A stretch of 64,000 nt of DNA from Azolla caroliniana (Eukaryota; Plantae; Polypodiophyta): the NCBI GenBank assembly GCA_043228905.1, contig JBHGNT010000018.1:4712001-4776000 (forward strand), in the 5' to 3' direction. The notes under the pieces were generated by a model, which searched no databases, was not told where the DNA came from, and saw only the letters and a program-made list of their open reading frames with translations. The position numbers and the translations under genes were made by a program. Numbering within the stretch: position 1 is the first letter of the stretch; the number at the start of each line of letters is the position of its first letter. This document shows, one piece after another, positions 48,601 to 61,711 of this stretch.

Positions 48601-49890
48601 CTCACACACACTCACAACACATATCTCTAGTCTATTCCGCTACACAAGAATCACCACCGATTCTTTACAATTATGCGTACATGGCGAAGGTGGCAGCCAT
48701 GCGTGAGCCGGAGAGCTACGCAGAAGTAGCTAAGGACCCGAATTGGTGGAAGGACATGGAGGAAGAGATGCATGCACTCATGGAAAATGAGATGTGGGAT
48801 TTAGTGGATGTACCGAAAGGAGTTAAAACAATCGGTTATCGGTGGGTATACAAGTTTAAATACAACACCAATGGCTCCGTCAATAGGTACAAGGCTCGGT
48901 TGGTGGGAAAGGGCTACACGCAGCAACACGACGGTTCAGCCCCCCGAATTTTAGTATGGAATGAATACATCGGCGGTGTGCCGATTAAATATCTCCCTCT
49001 ACGGACTTAAGCATGCTTGGAACTCGAAAATCACGTAGAGACTACGTCAGATGGGGTTTGCTCTATCGAAATCAAACTCTTCACTCTTCATCCAGCAAGG
49101 TTGGAATGGACCAGTGAGCATATTGCTCTATGTGGATGATCTTGTCATCGCCAATGCCAACCTGGACGAGATCGACCACGTGAAATTCCAGCTTGTGGCA
49201 TCATTTGAGATGAAGGATCTAGGAGACGTTCACTACTTCCTCGAGATTGAAGTGATCCATACCCCCGAGGGCATACTGATCAATCAACGTCATTATGCGC
49301 TGAGTATGCTCTTCAAATTCGGTATGACGGAAAGCAAATCCGTCTCGAATACAAATCCGTCTCTACTCTTATAGACCGGAATGCGAAGCTTCGCCCCGAC
49401 TCCGGAACGGCATGCGACCTGAAAAGGTTCCGACAGATAGTCGAAAGCCTTATCTATCTGACCATCACCCGATTGGACCTTAGTTATCCAGTTGGATTGA
49501 TTAGTCAATTCATGGTGCATCTGACTGTGGAGCACCTTCAATGCGCGCACCGAATACTCAGGTATGTTAGCGGCACTAAGGACAGGGGGAGTGTTGTATC
49601 AAACCAGTGTAGCCGGACAAGTTTTCGGCTACACGGATACCGATTGGAACAGAAATGCCGGTGACCGTAGGTCTACATCCGGGTATGCATTTTCACTTGG
49701 AAGCGTTGCGGTCTCCTTGAGCAGCAAGAAGCAGCCGACAATAGCATTGTCGAGCACCGAGGCCGAGTACCGAGAAGCGGTTGTCATGACATGCGAAGCC
49801 ATATGGCTCAAGAGGCTCCTAAAGGATCTGCATGTGGAGGTATCCGATCCGACCATGATCTATTGCAATAACCTTAGCAACATCCTATTG
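47723..49890 (+). mobile_element. Copia B INT-RT linker, RT and RNase H N-terminus, inverted relative to the rest of Copia B
   Basis: REPESYAE, RYKARLVGKGYTQ, LLYVDDLVI, GYTDTDW, SKKQPTIALSSTEAEY and IYCNNLS motifs. Confidence 0.88.
48074..48669 (+). mobile_element. Small rearranged Copia insertion: inverted RT scrap, PPT and LTR (48262-48669)
   Basis: TG...CA ends with a perfect 5-bp TSD ATTAT (48069-48073 / 48670-48674). PPT GAGGGGGCG precedes TGTTGAGAA. Confidence 0.85.
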
Positions 49891-50012
49891 GCATGTGTCT
49901 ATGTATGTATGTGTTAATGTTTGTGTGTGTGTGTATTTTCTATATATGCATATGTATGTATGTATTGTATGTATCATATGTGTAGCATGTGTCTATGTAT
50001 GTATGTATGTGT

Positions 50013-50050
<38 letters not shown>

Positions 50051-50251
50051 CTATATTTCTACATATGTATGTATGTATTATGTATTGTATATATAGCATG
50101 TGTCTATGTATGTATGTGTTATGTGTGTGTATTTTCTATTGATGTACATATGTATACATATTGTATTGCAGGTGTATATATGTATGTGTGTGTGTGTGTG
50201 TGTGTGTGTACATATTGTATTGTATTGCATGTGTTGTATGTATTGTGTATG

Positions 50252-50288
<37 letters not shown>

Positions 50289-51724
50289 CTTTACATGTGC
50301 ATATGTATGTATTCCATGTATGGCATGTGTGTATGTGTTATGTGTGTGTATTCATGCATACAATACAATACACACACACACACACACACATACAACACGC
50401 ACCACATACATATATACACATGCACGTATGTGTGTGTGTAGGTATGTACATTTGTATTGTATGTATGCATGCATGTATGTACATGTATGGATGTAAGTTG
50501 GTAACATTTATAAATGTATCATTGTAGGCATGTGTACGTATGTACACAATGTATGAATGCTATATGTATGTTCATGTACGAATGCATGTATGTGTATATA
50601 TGTAATATGTATGGAATTTATGTATCTTTTCAGGGTATTTTCGTGTTTAGTATGTGTATGGCTCATATATGGATGTATGTTTGCAATCTGCACATAATAT
50701 ATATGCATATATCCAACGTATGTGTAAGTATACATATATCTAATGTGTGTGTGTGTGTATATATATGTAACTTATAAGTATTGTAATTTGTATGACCCCG
50801 TATTACCTATGTATATATATGGTGATATGTGGAATATGTATGTATGTATGTATCTGTATACATATATGCATATGTCCATGTACATGATTCGATGTGTTTG
50901 GATGTGTGTTTATAACATTTGCATAATATGTATGTATGTGTATGTGTATGTGTATGTATATATGTACTATTATATTGTGTATGACCATGTGTGTATTTGT
51001 GTTTGTGTATGTGGTGATATGTAATAATGTATGTACATATGTAATGTATGTATGTGTGTAATATGTACGTAATATGCACTCATATATATGATGTGTGTGT
51101 ATGTATGTAAATATTTAAGTATTGTAGTTTGTATGGTCCCATATAACCTATATATATATATATATATATGGTGATATGTGGAATAAATGTACATATGCAA
51201 TATATATACATATATATATATATGTAATAATGTATCTATATATGTAATGTATGTATGTGTATGTAAATTTGTATATTGTGTAATATGAATGGATTATATG
51301 ATATGTAGCATGTAATTTATTTATGTGTTTGCGTGTGTGTGTGTGTGTATATATACATATATATAACTTGTTTGTATGTATGTAGATTTGTAATACATAT
51401 AATATGTCACTATACGTATTTATGTGTATGTGTATGTGTGTGTATATATAATATGTAATTTATTTATGTATGTATATTTTTTGTGTTTGGTATGTATATA
51501 TGTATTTGTATATAATTGTGTGCATAATAATATATGTGTGTAATATGTAACATACAAAATATGTATGTAGCATATATGTATTTGTGTATGCATTTACATA
51601 TGGTAATATATATTTGTACATATATTCATATTTAGTCAGTATGCATTATAAATGTGTGTAATGCATGTATATACATATTCATGGATGTAATGTTTGAATG
51701 TAGGTATATGTGCATGTATGCATG

Positions 51725-51756
<32 letters not shown>

Positions 51757-52002
51757 TGCTACTCCAAAATTGACTATTGTTTGCATAATATATTCTTTAC
51801 TATCTAATTGAAATATCTAATATTTCATGGGCTTATGTAATTTTTTTCTATAGTGTAATTGATAACACCCTTATGTAAATATATTTTTTATCTATTTATT
51901 AATACCCTTATGTATATATATTCTGTATCTCAATGGTTAATTTAAACCCCTTTTGATGAACTCATGTGCTATCATACAAGTTTTGACAGTGAAGCCCCCG
52001 GG
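49891..52002 (-). mobile_element. Other arm of the CCCGGGGG DNA transposon: long TGTA/TG low-complexity array and AT-rich subterminal region
   Basis: Ends ...AGTGAAGCCCCCGGG at 52002 followed by GTTTGGGG. The array is the reverse-complement polarity of the TACA arrays at 43965-44200 and 46620-47200. Confidence 0.75.
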
Positions 52003-55000
52003 GTTTGGGGTATCTCCCCGTAAATCTAGATTACAAGATTATCCTAAATTTACATTACAAGTCAGTCGGCATGCGGCCGAGTTGGCAGAGGTATAGTAAG
52101 TGTAGATAGAGTTGTTCTGATTAGGTCTTACCTACTGTCCCTCGTTCGGTTTTCTTCTGCTCGATCGCTTGTCATAGTCCCATCTTCGTCCTTAGTGCTT
52201 TGAAGCGTACATTTGGGAGTGGCTTCGTCAGGCAATCAATGATGTTCACCTCGGTGTCGATCTTCCGGACTTCAAGCTTCTTCTCGGTTACGAGCTCGCG
52301 GATGTGATGATACTACACCTCAATATGCTTCTTCTTTGCGTGGTAGACGGGATTGTTGATGAGGTGTATTGCGCTCTGTGAGTCGCAATGGATGGTTGGC
52401 GATAGCCGGTCATTTCTACTTCGGTGCAACCAGATCACTTCCTCTGCTGCTTCCGATGCCGCTGTGTACTTGGCTTCTGTAGTAGACAAAGTCGTGCACG
52501 CTTGAATTTTCGACCTCCAAGATATTGCACAACCACCATAGGTGAAGATGTAGCCTGATGTTGATTTCTGATTATCTGTATTTCCAACATAGTCGGAATT
52601 GGTGTAGCCTTCAACTTCGGTTGAGGTTGTCAAACCGAAAGTCAGCTGTGTATCTTTGGTCCCTCTCAGGTACCTGAAGATGTTCTTGACGGCCTCCCAA
52701 TGCTTCCGTCCTGGGTTAGACATGTATCGGCTGACCACCCCTACAACATAGGCTAGGTCAGGTCGGTCGTCACCATTGCGTACATGATACTTCCTACGGC
52801 CGATGCGTAGGGCATCTTTCCATTAAGCTCTCTCTCCTTGTCCGTTGAAGGAGAGTCTTTGTTCGGTAGTCGGATCGACGTCGGAAGCGGTGTTGGTGTT
52901 GGCTTTGCATTCTCCATGTTGAAGCGCTTCGGCACCTTCTGGATATGGTCGGAATGGGAGAGTCAGAGAATCTTGGTCGTCCGATTTCGCTCGATCCTCA
53001 TGCTCGGTATGTGTCAGGCTTGTCCGAGTTCCTTCATCACGAACTTGTCGTGAAGTCTCCGCTTCAACTTTTCGATCTCTACTTGATTGCTTCCTACAAT
53101 CAGCATGTCGTTGACATATAGGATCAGATAGATCCTGGACTCGTCGGCCAGTTGCCGAACATACATACATGGGTCGAAGTCAGTTCAGCGGTATCCAAGT
53201 TGCCTGATGTAAGAGTCAAACTTCTGGTACCACATCCTCGGCACTTGTTTCAAGCCATATAGACTTTTCTTTAATCGACATACGAGGTGTCTTTCCTCCC
53301 CCGTTGCCGAGAAGCCTGCCGGTTGAGACATGTAGATCTCAACCCCGTCTTTACGTCCATCTGCTCAAGCTCAAGGTCTTCTGTCGCTACAACTCCTAGT
53401 AGGAGTCAAAGGGTGGTCATCTTGACTACTGCTGAGAATATCTCATTGTAGTCGACCCCATGTTCTTGCTTGAACCCTTTCTCGACAAGCCGAGCTTTGT
53501 ACTTAGGTTTTTCTGAGTTAGATACATACTTGTATTGGAATACCCATTTCCAAGGTAGCGGCTTTCTTCTAGCTAGTAGTTCAACCAACTCCCAAGTTTG
53601 ATTCTGGTGAATCGAGTCCATTTCAGATTTCATGGCTTGTAGCCATGTTTCGGCGTCTGGTGCGGCCATAGCTTCTTCATATGTGCGTGATTCGCCTGCA
53701 TCAGTGTAGTTGACGTAGTTGAGGCCCGATTGGTAGAACTTTGTTTGCCTTCGAGCTCGTCCAGATCTCTTAAGTGCCGAGTTAAGAGGTTTGGAGTCTT
53801 CGATCGGTTCTGTAGATCGATCGGTACTTGTTGAACCGTTTGTGTCAGGAGTCTTGTTAGGTGACCCGCCCCCATGTCGGGATTTCGATGGTGTCACGTT
53901 GTTCTCCCCTATGGACTTTGTCGTCTCGGTTTTGTTTCCTACTCACATCTTGTTGACTTTGCCTGCTTCGACTCTTGTCGAATCGGCTTTGTCGTCGGTG
54001 GCTTTGTCTTCAAGTTCGACTAGTGGACTTCCTACCGATTCAGAGTCGGCAGGTATGTTGTCGACTTGTTCGAGTTCAACTATTTGTTGAATCTTTGAGT
54101 TGGCCCAGTGGGTCGGTCCTTCTATGACATCTCTGTCATCTTGAAAGGATACCTTTTTACCAACTATTTTCTGTTGGTTCCGCTGAAAGAAGATAGAGCT
54201 TCATTGAAGACTATGTCATTGCTCCGAATCGATTTTCGGTTCTCAAGGTCGCATAGCCTGTAGCCGAATTCCCCATTGGTTCCATAGCCGAGAAATATGC
54301 ATTTCGTTGCTTGGGGTGCCAATTTTGTCCTTTTATCCCTGGGGATGAACGCGTAGGCTTCGCATCCGAATATACGGAGCCTATCGTAGGTCGGTGGTTT
54401 GTCTGACCATAGTGCCTATGGCACTTCGAGCCTAATTGCTCTTGACGGTGCCAAATTTATCAGGTATACTACCGTTTGCAATGCTTCTGCCCAAAATTCC
54501 ATCTTCAGTCCGGCTTGTTGAAGCATTGCCCTCACCCTCTCCTGGATCGTTCTGTTGATCCGTTCTACCATTCCATTTTGCATGGGCGTGTAGGGAATGA
54601 TCTTTTGATGTCGGATCCCTTTGTTGGACAAGTATTGCTTGAAGGCTCTAGAGGTATATTCACCTCCATTGTCGGATCGGAGTATCCTTACTCTGTGTCC
54701 TGACCGGTTCTCCATTTCATATATCCACCGAGTGAAGACCACGAGTGATTCGTCTTTGGACCTGATGGACTATGCCCAAACTTTTCGCATACAGTCATCT
54801 ACAAATGTGATGAAGTACCGGGAGCCTCCTAGTGATCGCTCTGCCATGGGCTCACATATATCTGTGTGCACGAGCTCTAGGGGTTGTTGTATTGTCTCGT
54901 AGTGGAGAGAGTGCAGACTTCGGGTCTCTTTCCCATATCGACAGTGCTCACAGAAGTCTGTCTTTGCTTGGAGTTTCAAGATGTAGCCTTAGTGAGCAAC

Positions 55001-55911
55001 CGGCCTTCTGTAATCCATATCCCGTCTGCCATGTTGGCCTCCGCCAGTCCGAACAGTTGGCTCTGGTTCCTTCTTCACACTCGCCTCTCCGTTCGATCAA
55101 CCTATCGACAGGTCGTTTGTCGCGATCTTCTCTTGTACACATGCTCGTCCTGTGGCCCTTGATCAACCGTATGCACGCTCCTCACTTCCTGTATACCCGG
55201 TGTCCTCCGCGTTCGAGGAACACCCCGTAGTGGCCTGCTTGGCCTCTACCGATCTTCACGATGCCGTGATTGCTTGTTTGGTGCCATTGTTCACTATTGC
55301 CCTTGTCCCCTTGCCGCCACTGTCCATCTCCCTCGGTCTCACGTTGCCACGTCGGCCGAACTGTCGAGATCTCTGGAATTGGTGTGAAGGATCCTTCTTC
55401 GGCCGTCGATGCTCTTTGAGGCTACCAACCTATGCAATCTGTCTTCGCACCAGGAGTCTGCTGCCAAGCCGCCGATCGGGGACCTCTCGGGGTCGTCGCG
55501 CCGAGCGGGGTCTTGCACAGGAGACAGAGCAGAAGCGAAAACCCCACAGGACATACAAGCTCTTCACCGGACTAAACCCTAAACAAACGCGAAGACTCAA
55601 CCCACACGACGAAGAAGAAGAAGAAGAACTCAAAGAACTCTAACACAAAACGAGAAAGTAAGAAAAGGAAAGATTATCATACCTTGGACCTAATGGGCAA
55701 ACCCTCTACAAGGGACCCTCCCTTCCTTTTATAGCACAAGGAGGGAGGTGCGTAACAATGTGGGATAAATCCCGTATTACATGGGATTCTCTATCCCAAC
55801 TTAACTCCTATTCAGCGCCATAAAGGCACCCCTATTATTCACACATTTATACAAGGATAAGTGCACATGATTCACTTCGCCAATGCCACTAACTTCTCCG
55901 GTTTTCTCACA
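52003..55911 (-). mobile_element. Ty1/Copia element C (Tnt1/Tork-like): LTR-like 5' region, integrase, RT, RNase H, PPT; gag deleted
   Basis: LELVHTDIC, LRSDNGGEY, QNGMVERINRT, KYKARLV, EGYTNSD and SWRSKIQACTTLSTTEA motifs. PPT GGGGAGAT at about 52011-52019. Putative 5' end TGTGAG at 55911. Confidence 0.85.
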
Positions 55912-58134
55912 ATGGTTGTGAATCTTCACGACACCGGATCATCAACAGCAATCGGCTCGAGTTCAGGTGGAGAGAAGTACCAGGATACCGATTCATCGAA
56001 AACGACATCTCCGCTGACTCGAACCGCTTTCGATCGGGGGGGTTATAACACTTATAACCCTTCTGTTCATTCGAGTAGCCCACAAGAATGCACTTTTCGG
56101 CTTTCGCATCTAACTTCCTCTGTTTTTCCTTTGGTACATGCACATATGCAATGCTACCGAACACCCGAAGGTGTGCCAAATTCAGCTTCCGCTCAAAATA
56201 GAGTTCGTGTGGTGACACCTTTATCCCTGAGGCAGATATCTTATTCTAGATGTAGACGGTTGTCTGAATTGCTTCGACCCAATAAAACTTGGGCATGCTT
56301 TTCTCCTCAAGCATCACCCTTGCCGCTTCTTCTAGCGTCCTATTCTGATGCTCGGTCACGCCGTTTTGCTCCAGCGTGTATCTGCAAGAGAATTCCCGTT
56401 GATTCCCTTCGTCTATAGATAACTCGTGAACTGGCCGGAAAAGTACTCTTTTCCACCATCCGATCTCAGACACTTGATCTTTCTTCCGGTTTCATGTTCG
56501 ACAAGGTTCTTCAGATCCCGGAAGCACGAGAAGACTTCGCCTTTCTTCTCGATTAGATAGATCCAAGTGTGTTGGGTGAAATCATCGATGATGAACACGA
56601 AATATCGACTCCCACCAATGCTCACATTTTGTGCCAGTCCCCACACATCTGAATGGATGAGATCAAGTCGATTCTGGCTCCGATTCTTCTCATTGGGGAA
56701 GGGAAGCCTACACTGCTTTTGAGCTGGCAAGCTTCACATATTTGGCCTGTCCAGCCACTGAACTCTAGCAGTCCGAAAACTACGTGTTCCGACTGCATCT
56801 CGTGAAGCTTCCAGAAGTTGATGTGGTCGATCCGCTTGTGCCACAGGTCGATGTCCGACTCGACCTTCTGCCCTTTCGCGAACATAGCAATGCCTACATC
56901 ATTGGTGTCAAGTATAAACATCCTCCCGTCTCGGTGCTCTTGTGTGATGATCCGGCCCTCTTCCTCAATGAAGCACCCAAGGTGCGTAAACCACACCTGC
57001 ATCCCCTGGTCGACGATTTGTCCGACCGACACCAGTTTCTTTGTGATTGTCGGGACATGGAGCACGTTCATAAGCTTCCCTTTTTATCCGGCATGACTCA
57101 AGATAACTTCTTCGACATGCACGATCGGGTGAGGAGTGTCGTCTCTGGTTTTGACAACTCCGGTACATAACTCTACTTGCCGCTTGTTCCCAAGTCGGGA
57201 AGTCCCTGTGTGCCGCATCAGGTGTTGTATCATTAGCTCTGTCAACATAACTCCAGTAACCGTGCCCGAGCAGATACTGGTGCATCTTGTATGACCAAGA
57301 TGCATAGTTCGATTTGTCAAGCTTCTCCATCGGAAGCGAGCTAGATATTCCTCGGTCCATTCCATAGTATGAACCATACATACCATATGTGCATTCACAT
57401 TCGCGAATGTTTCAATCATTTGCGCAAGAAAAACACCCTCAAAGAATGATAAATACCATACTTTTGGATTACCTATTTATTATGAGGTACATAAGCCTAA
57501 AAGATGGGAAATAAAACACAAGAATGTTTGAATAACATTCGCATTCGTTTTCCAATGTAGGAAATTGAATGTTATGCTAGACGAACACAAATTTTACGTA
57601 CTATGGTCCATTCTAACCTTCGATTTCTGTTCCTACCGGGTGTTAGGGTTTGTCTTCAGACATAAACACTTGTCGGTTGTAGAGGTTCTCAACCCTCGCG
57701 CTCTGATACCATGTAAAAGTGAATATGCAGAAGCTAAGACAGAACCGACTTGACAGGATAGCAACAAAATACAGACAGGTTTAATGGAATCTCAAAAATA
57801 CATGTGAGAGACAAAGAGAGTAGAACACTAAAACTCAATTCAAAATAATAACACTTTATACTTACAATGTGCTCAGTGAGCACTTTTATACAAGTCCATG
57901 AAAGGACTGACAAGAGTACTAACAGGTACTTCAATGCTCATACGAGCGACTGACACTGACTCCCAAAGATATGCCTACATACTAAGGCTAGATTCGTAGG
58001 CCTCTAACGGCCTACCGGTTACAATCCGATCCGGCTCCTGGTTCCGGACACCGATCCGGTTCTCCGTTTCGGATACTGATCTGGCTTTGGCTTATTCAGC
58101 CGATCCAGATCCGGTTGAGCTTGTCCTCTCAACA
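55912..58134 (-). mobile_element. Ty1/Copia element B, 5' part: LTR 57712-58134, Met-PBS 57700-57711, gag start, deletion, integrase
   Basis: Minus-strand TGTTGAGAG...TTTTACA followed by TGGTATCAGAGC. Motifs EKLDKSNYASWSYKM, LWHKRIDH, LIHSDVWG, LRSDGGKEY and LRVFGS. Confidence 0.9.
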
Positions 58135-59639
58135 AATACTCTACAGGTAATATCAAGAGAAGGCCTTATAAGTCATGTCTAAGGAAGGGCTTCATGAAGG
58201 AAAATAACTATAATATTTGCCAATTTCTTCTCAAAGTTCAGAATTACAATTGTGTCGGTCAAATCGTGACAGACCATAGAGAGTTAGATTCTAACAAAGC
58301 TTAAGAAGTAACACAAACCTTAAAATCCAACCTCTTTGACTATAGCCTAAGATTTTATTTGAAAAGCCACTGGGAAGACAAATGAGGCCCCAACCTAATA
58401 ATTAAAGCATTTGTGAAGGTGTGTGATACGAAAGTTTGTGACTAGCAATGAGTTCTTCCATATGCACGTTATGGCCAGATTGAACGACCCACAACAAAGT
58501 AACAAGTTACATGCCCAGTGAGTCTATGATAGGATACTAATTAGTAATTCTAATCAAGAATACAATTTTCACTTGGGTTCAGTTATCGTGGAAAGAAGGG
58601 ATGCCGAGAGAGGAATAACTTGTAGGTTGAATTCGATAAGTCAAAAAGTGATTGGTGAATGTTGTTAACCACTTTAATATACTTGAATGTTGGTCTATAT
58701 CCTTCTTTATCCTGAACCCCGTGGCTTAGAGACAAGTTTAGTTCAATCAAAATATGTTGTCCCCTAAAGTGTGAGAGTATTTTGTTGAACCATTTCCAAG
58801 CCCAAATAATCCACTAGCATTGTTTTTGCTCTACCATATCCACATTGGTGAGTTACCTTAAACAACCAGCCTCTTGACAAGCACACTACCAACCTATTTG
58901 TCAAGAGCATGGAAACACTCCACATCCCCATCATTACCAAGCTTAGATTACTCCAACTTAGTAGAGCTCATGTATCCATGTAATTTGGCAATGGCAATGA
59001 TAGAGGATGACTTAGTAGAAGCCGCAATGGTGATGAAGCTCTCCATCAGATAGCTAGAAGGATGTTTTCAGCCATAATCAACCGAGATAAGCAGAAGTCA
59101 AGCTTTTTGGGACATTGTCTACATATTGCTATAGCCATATGACTTTCGAGGAAGTCTATGCAAGAGCAATTGCAAACTCTGTCTTCAATCATCCTAGTCA
59201 AAATCTTGATGATAAAGAGAATGATAATGATTGTTAGGATGGTTCACACAAGAAGACCATCACCTCTCCACTTACATTGATTTATACACTACATTTGACA
59301 TTAACATAAAGTAAACCACCATCCACTTGAACTTTTCAAATTTCCAAGTGGGATATCTCTAATGTTACTTGGCATTAAATTTGCCATATGTCTCATCACA
59401 AACATTGCACCATGGTCATCGTGGTAAGAAATGGTAGCACAATTGATGAGTTGTAGATTGATCATGGCATCACTCTTGTTCTTGCAACAATATGCCTTGA
59501 TGTAGTTTATCTTGCTATAATACCATCTTCCAATTCATCAATGCATAGACCAAATAGAGTTTGTGAAAGTGGATATCATTGCTTAACACTAATAATAGTA
59601 TTGAAAAAAACTAAAAGTTTATCGCTCATACACACACAA

Positions 59640-60300
59640 CACATAACCTTCTCATAGATTTAGGATATTGCAAGCATATATTCACTTAGCACCTCGTGTT
59701 ATTCCATTCACCTCCAAAGATGCTCATGAGGTACCATATCAAAAGCTTTCTTGAAGTTTATGAAGACACAATATAAACCTTTACTTCTAAAGTGACTTTC
59801 CTCCATTAATACTCGAAAGGTGACAAGGTGATCAATAGTGTTATGGTGTTTTCAAAAGCCAACTTGTCCATGCTCTCTTACCATTTTTTTTCGCCCATGC
59901 ACTTATCTTTGATTCCATTATACATCCAAATAGTTTTGCCATTAGCAAGCCAACCATGATGGTTTGATAGTTGTTTGCATTATTTACTGTTGGGAAACAT
60001 TTACATCTCCACCTTTATGTAAAGGTTTGATTTAATTTGTAATCCAATCATATGACATGCCATGTTGCAATGCATGATTAAGCATATCACTTATCCATGC
60101 ATTTGCTTCCTTTCCTATCCATTTGAGCATTTCAACCTTTATACATTGAAGATCACTTGCCTTTCGAGAGGCCAATGCCTTAAGTTTTATGCATATATCT
60201 TCAATTGTAAAGAAGGGAGATATATGTGAAAGAGAACCGTAACACATCATCTTTCCGGTTAGAGATTGCTCATATAAATTCTTACAATGCATAGACGAGT
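59640..60300 (-). mobile_element. Degenerate non-LTR retrotransposon (LINE, RTE-like) reverse transcriptase fragment
   Basis: FTIEDI..KASD..., IKPLHKGGD, NNYQTIMV, QVGF...TIDHLVTFRVLMEE and CVFINFKKAFDMV motifs. Confidence 0.75.
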
Positions 60301-61711
60301 CAAGAAGAGTTAAGTCACTATAACTCTCAATGGATTTTCCCTTTAGATTTTCCCTTTAGATTTCCCCAAATTTGAGAGAGAGAGAGAGAGAGAGATACCC
60401 CAAGGAGCATAATTATTTTAAGTGCAATGGGCAAGCTATACAAAGGTGGGAGACCAATTGATGAGTGTCTACACGCAATAGCACTACAATAGTATCTAAG
60501 CAAATAACAAGACAATGATGTTTACACACAAAGAAACAACCAAGGTAGAGAGTTAGAGAATGAAAAGAAGACAATGTAACACGAGAGTGTTGGCAAAGTG
60601 AGACACTCTTAATCAAAATTTGATACCAAACAATCTTATATGTCACAAGACTTGGCATCCAATCCCTAGATTACCTTCTTTTATAATTAGGGTTCAAGGA
60701 TTTGTTTGCACTTTGCTAGTCTAGGTAGTTGTCCTTTCCACCCAATATGTACTAGTTACAACAATTATGTGGATCCAATTCTTATGGTGTGAGACAATAT
60801 TTGGACATTGCATGTCAACCGAATGCATTATGAAACTACATATTGATGGTAATATGGGCGTGAAAGCTTAAGATGAAATTCCACTCTTAGAGGCTAAACA
60901 TATTTGTGTTGGTCTCAAATATAATTCCAGAGACCCTTGTGTATATCAAAATATACTTAGCTTGGGGTGTGAGAGGTAGGTTGTTGACCAATAATGCTCT
61001 AGAGAGAGTGTATTAAAACTAGTCAGTGACTCTTGCTATTTGGAGAGACATGGTAGCAACATCTATATCTACATAATATATACTTGCGTTCACAATCATA
61101 ACCACTAAAAAGCAATGGGAGAGAGACATAGAGAGAGAATATATATGTAGGTGCTAATGTAAAAAGGTAGTCTCATTATAATGGGAATGGTAAAAAGTTG
61201 TTGGGTTTCCATTCATATGGTGAGATCACACATGAACACACACGTAGAACAACGAATGACAACTTTAATATGGCTACATGGGCTCCAACCCTAGAAAGAG
61301 CTTGATCACTATTATTCATTAGTTATATGGTTTCTTTTTGGGAAGCTATTTATGTTAGAGGCCCAAGTTGTTGCAATCTGTAATATTGTACTTTCCCTTA
61401 AATTGTTGGGGGTATCTTGAGTCATTTTTTGTGATCCTAATCTAGAGTTCTAAGGATGTAACCCTCTTGTCCACTTCCAAAAAGGAGAGTGCAGCATACT
61501 AGCATCCTCCACTAACATTGCTTTATTTTTCACTCCCAATTATGTTGAAACTTACAAGAGATCGGGAACACTTGCTATTGAAATTCCGAATTTGTAATAA
61601 AAATATTCATTTCTTTTCTCCTTTCACTTTTCGATTAGAAAGTATGATATTGGGAGCCTAAAATGTACCATTGTGTTCACATTTATATGAAAAACATTTT
61701 GTCTACTAGTA

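Noticed and set aside
49895-51200. Many Cys/Val/Met/Tyr- or His/Thr-rich ORFs (also 43809-44198 and 46809-47228)
   Set aside because: These are translation artefacts of TG/TA/TACA low-complexity arrays with no protein-like complexity.
52000-52029. Helitron-like 3' end (CGGGG..CCCCG hairpin followed by CTAG)
   Set aside because: It is better explained as transposon terminus plus TSD plus Copia PPT on the minus strand. The CTAG is followed by A, not the T expected at a Helitron target.
58140-61100. Very old Copia-like remnant around the LINE fragment (PBS-like TTTGATACCA at about 60619)
   Set aside because: Too degenerate; no paired LTRs or clear protein motifs.
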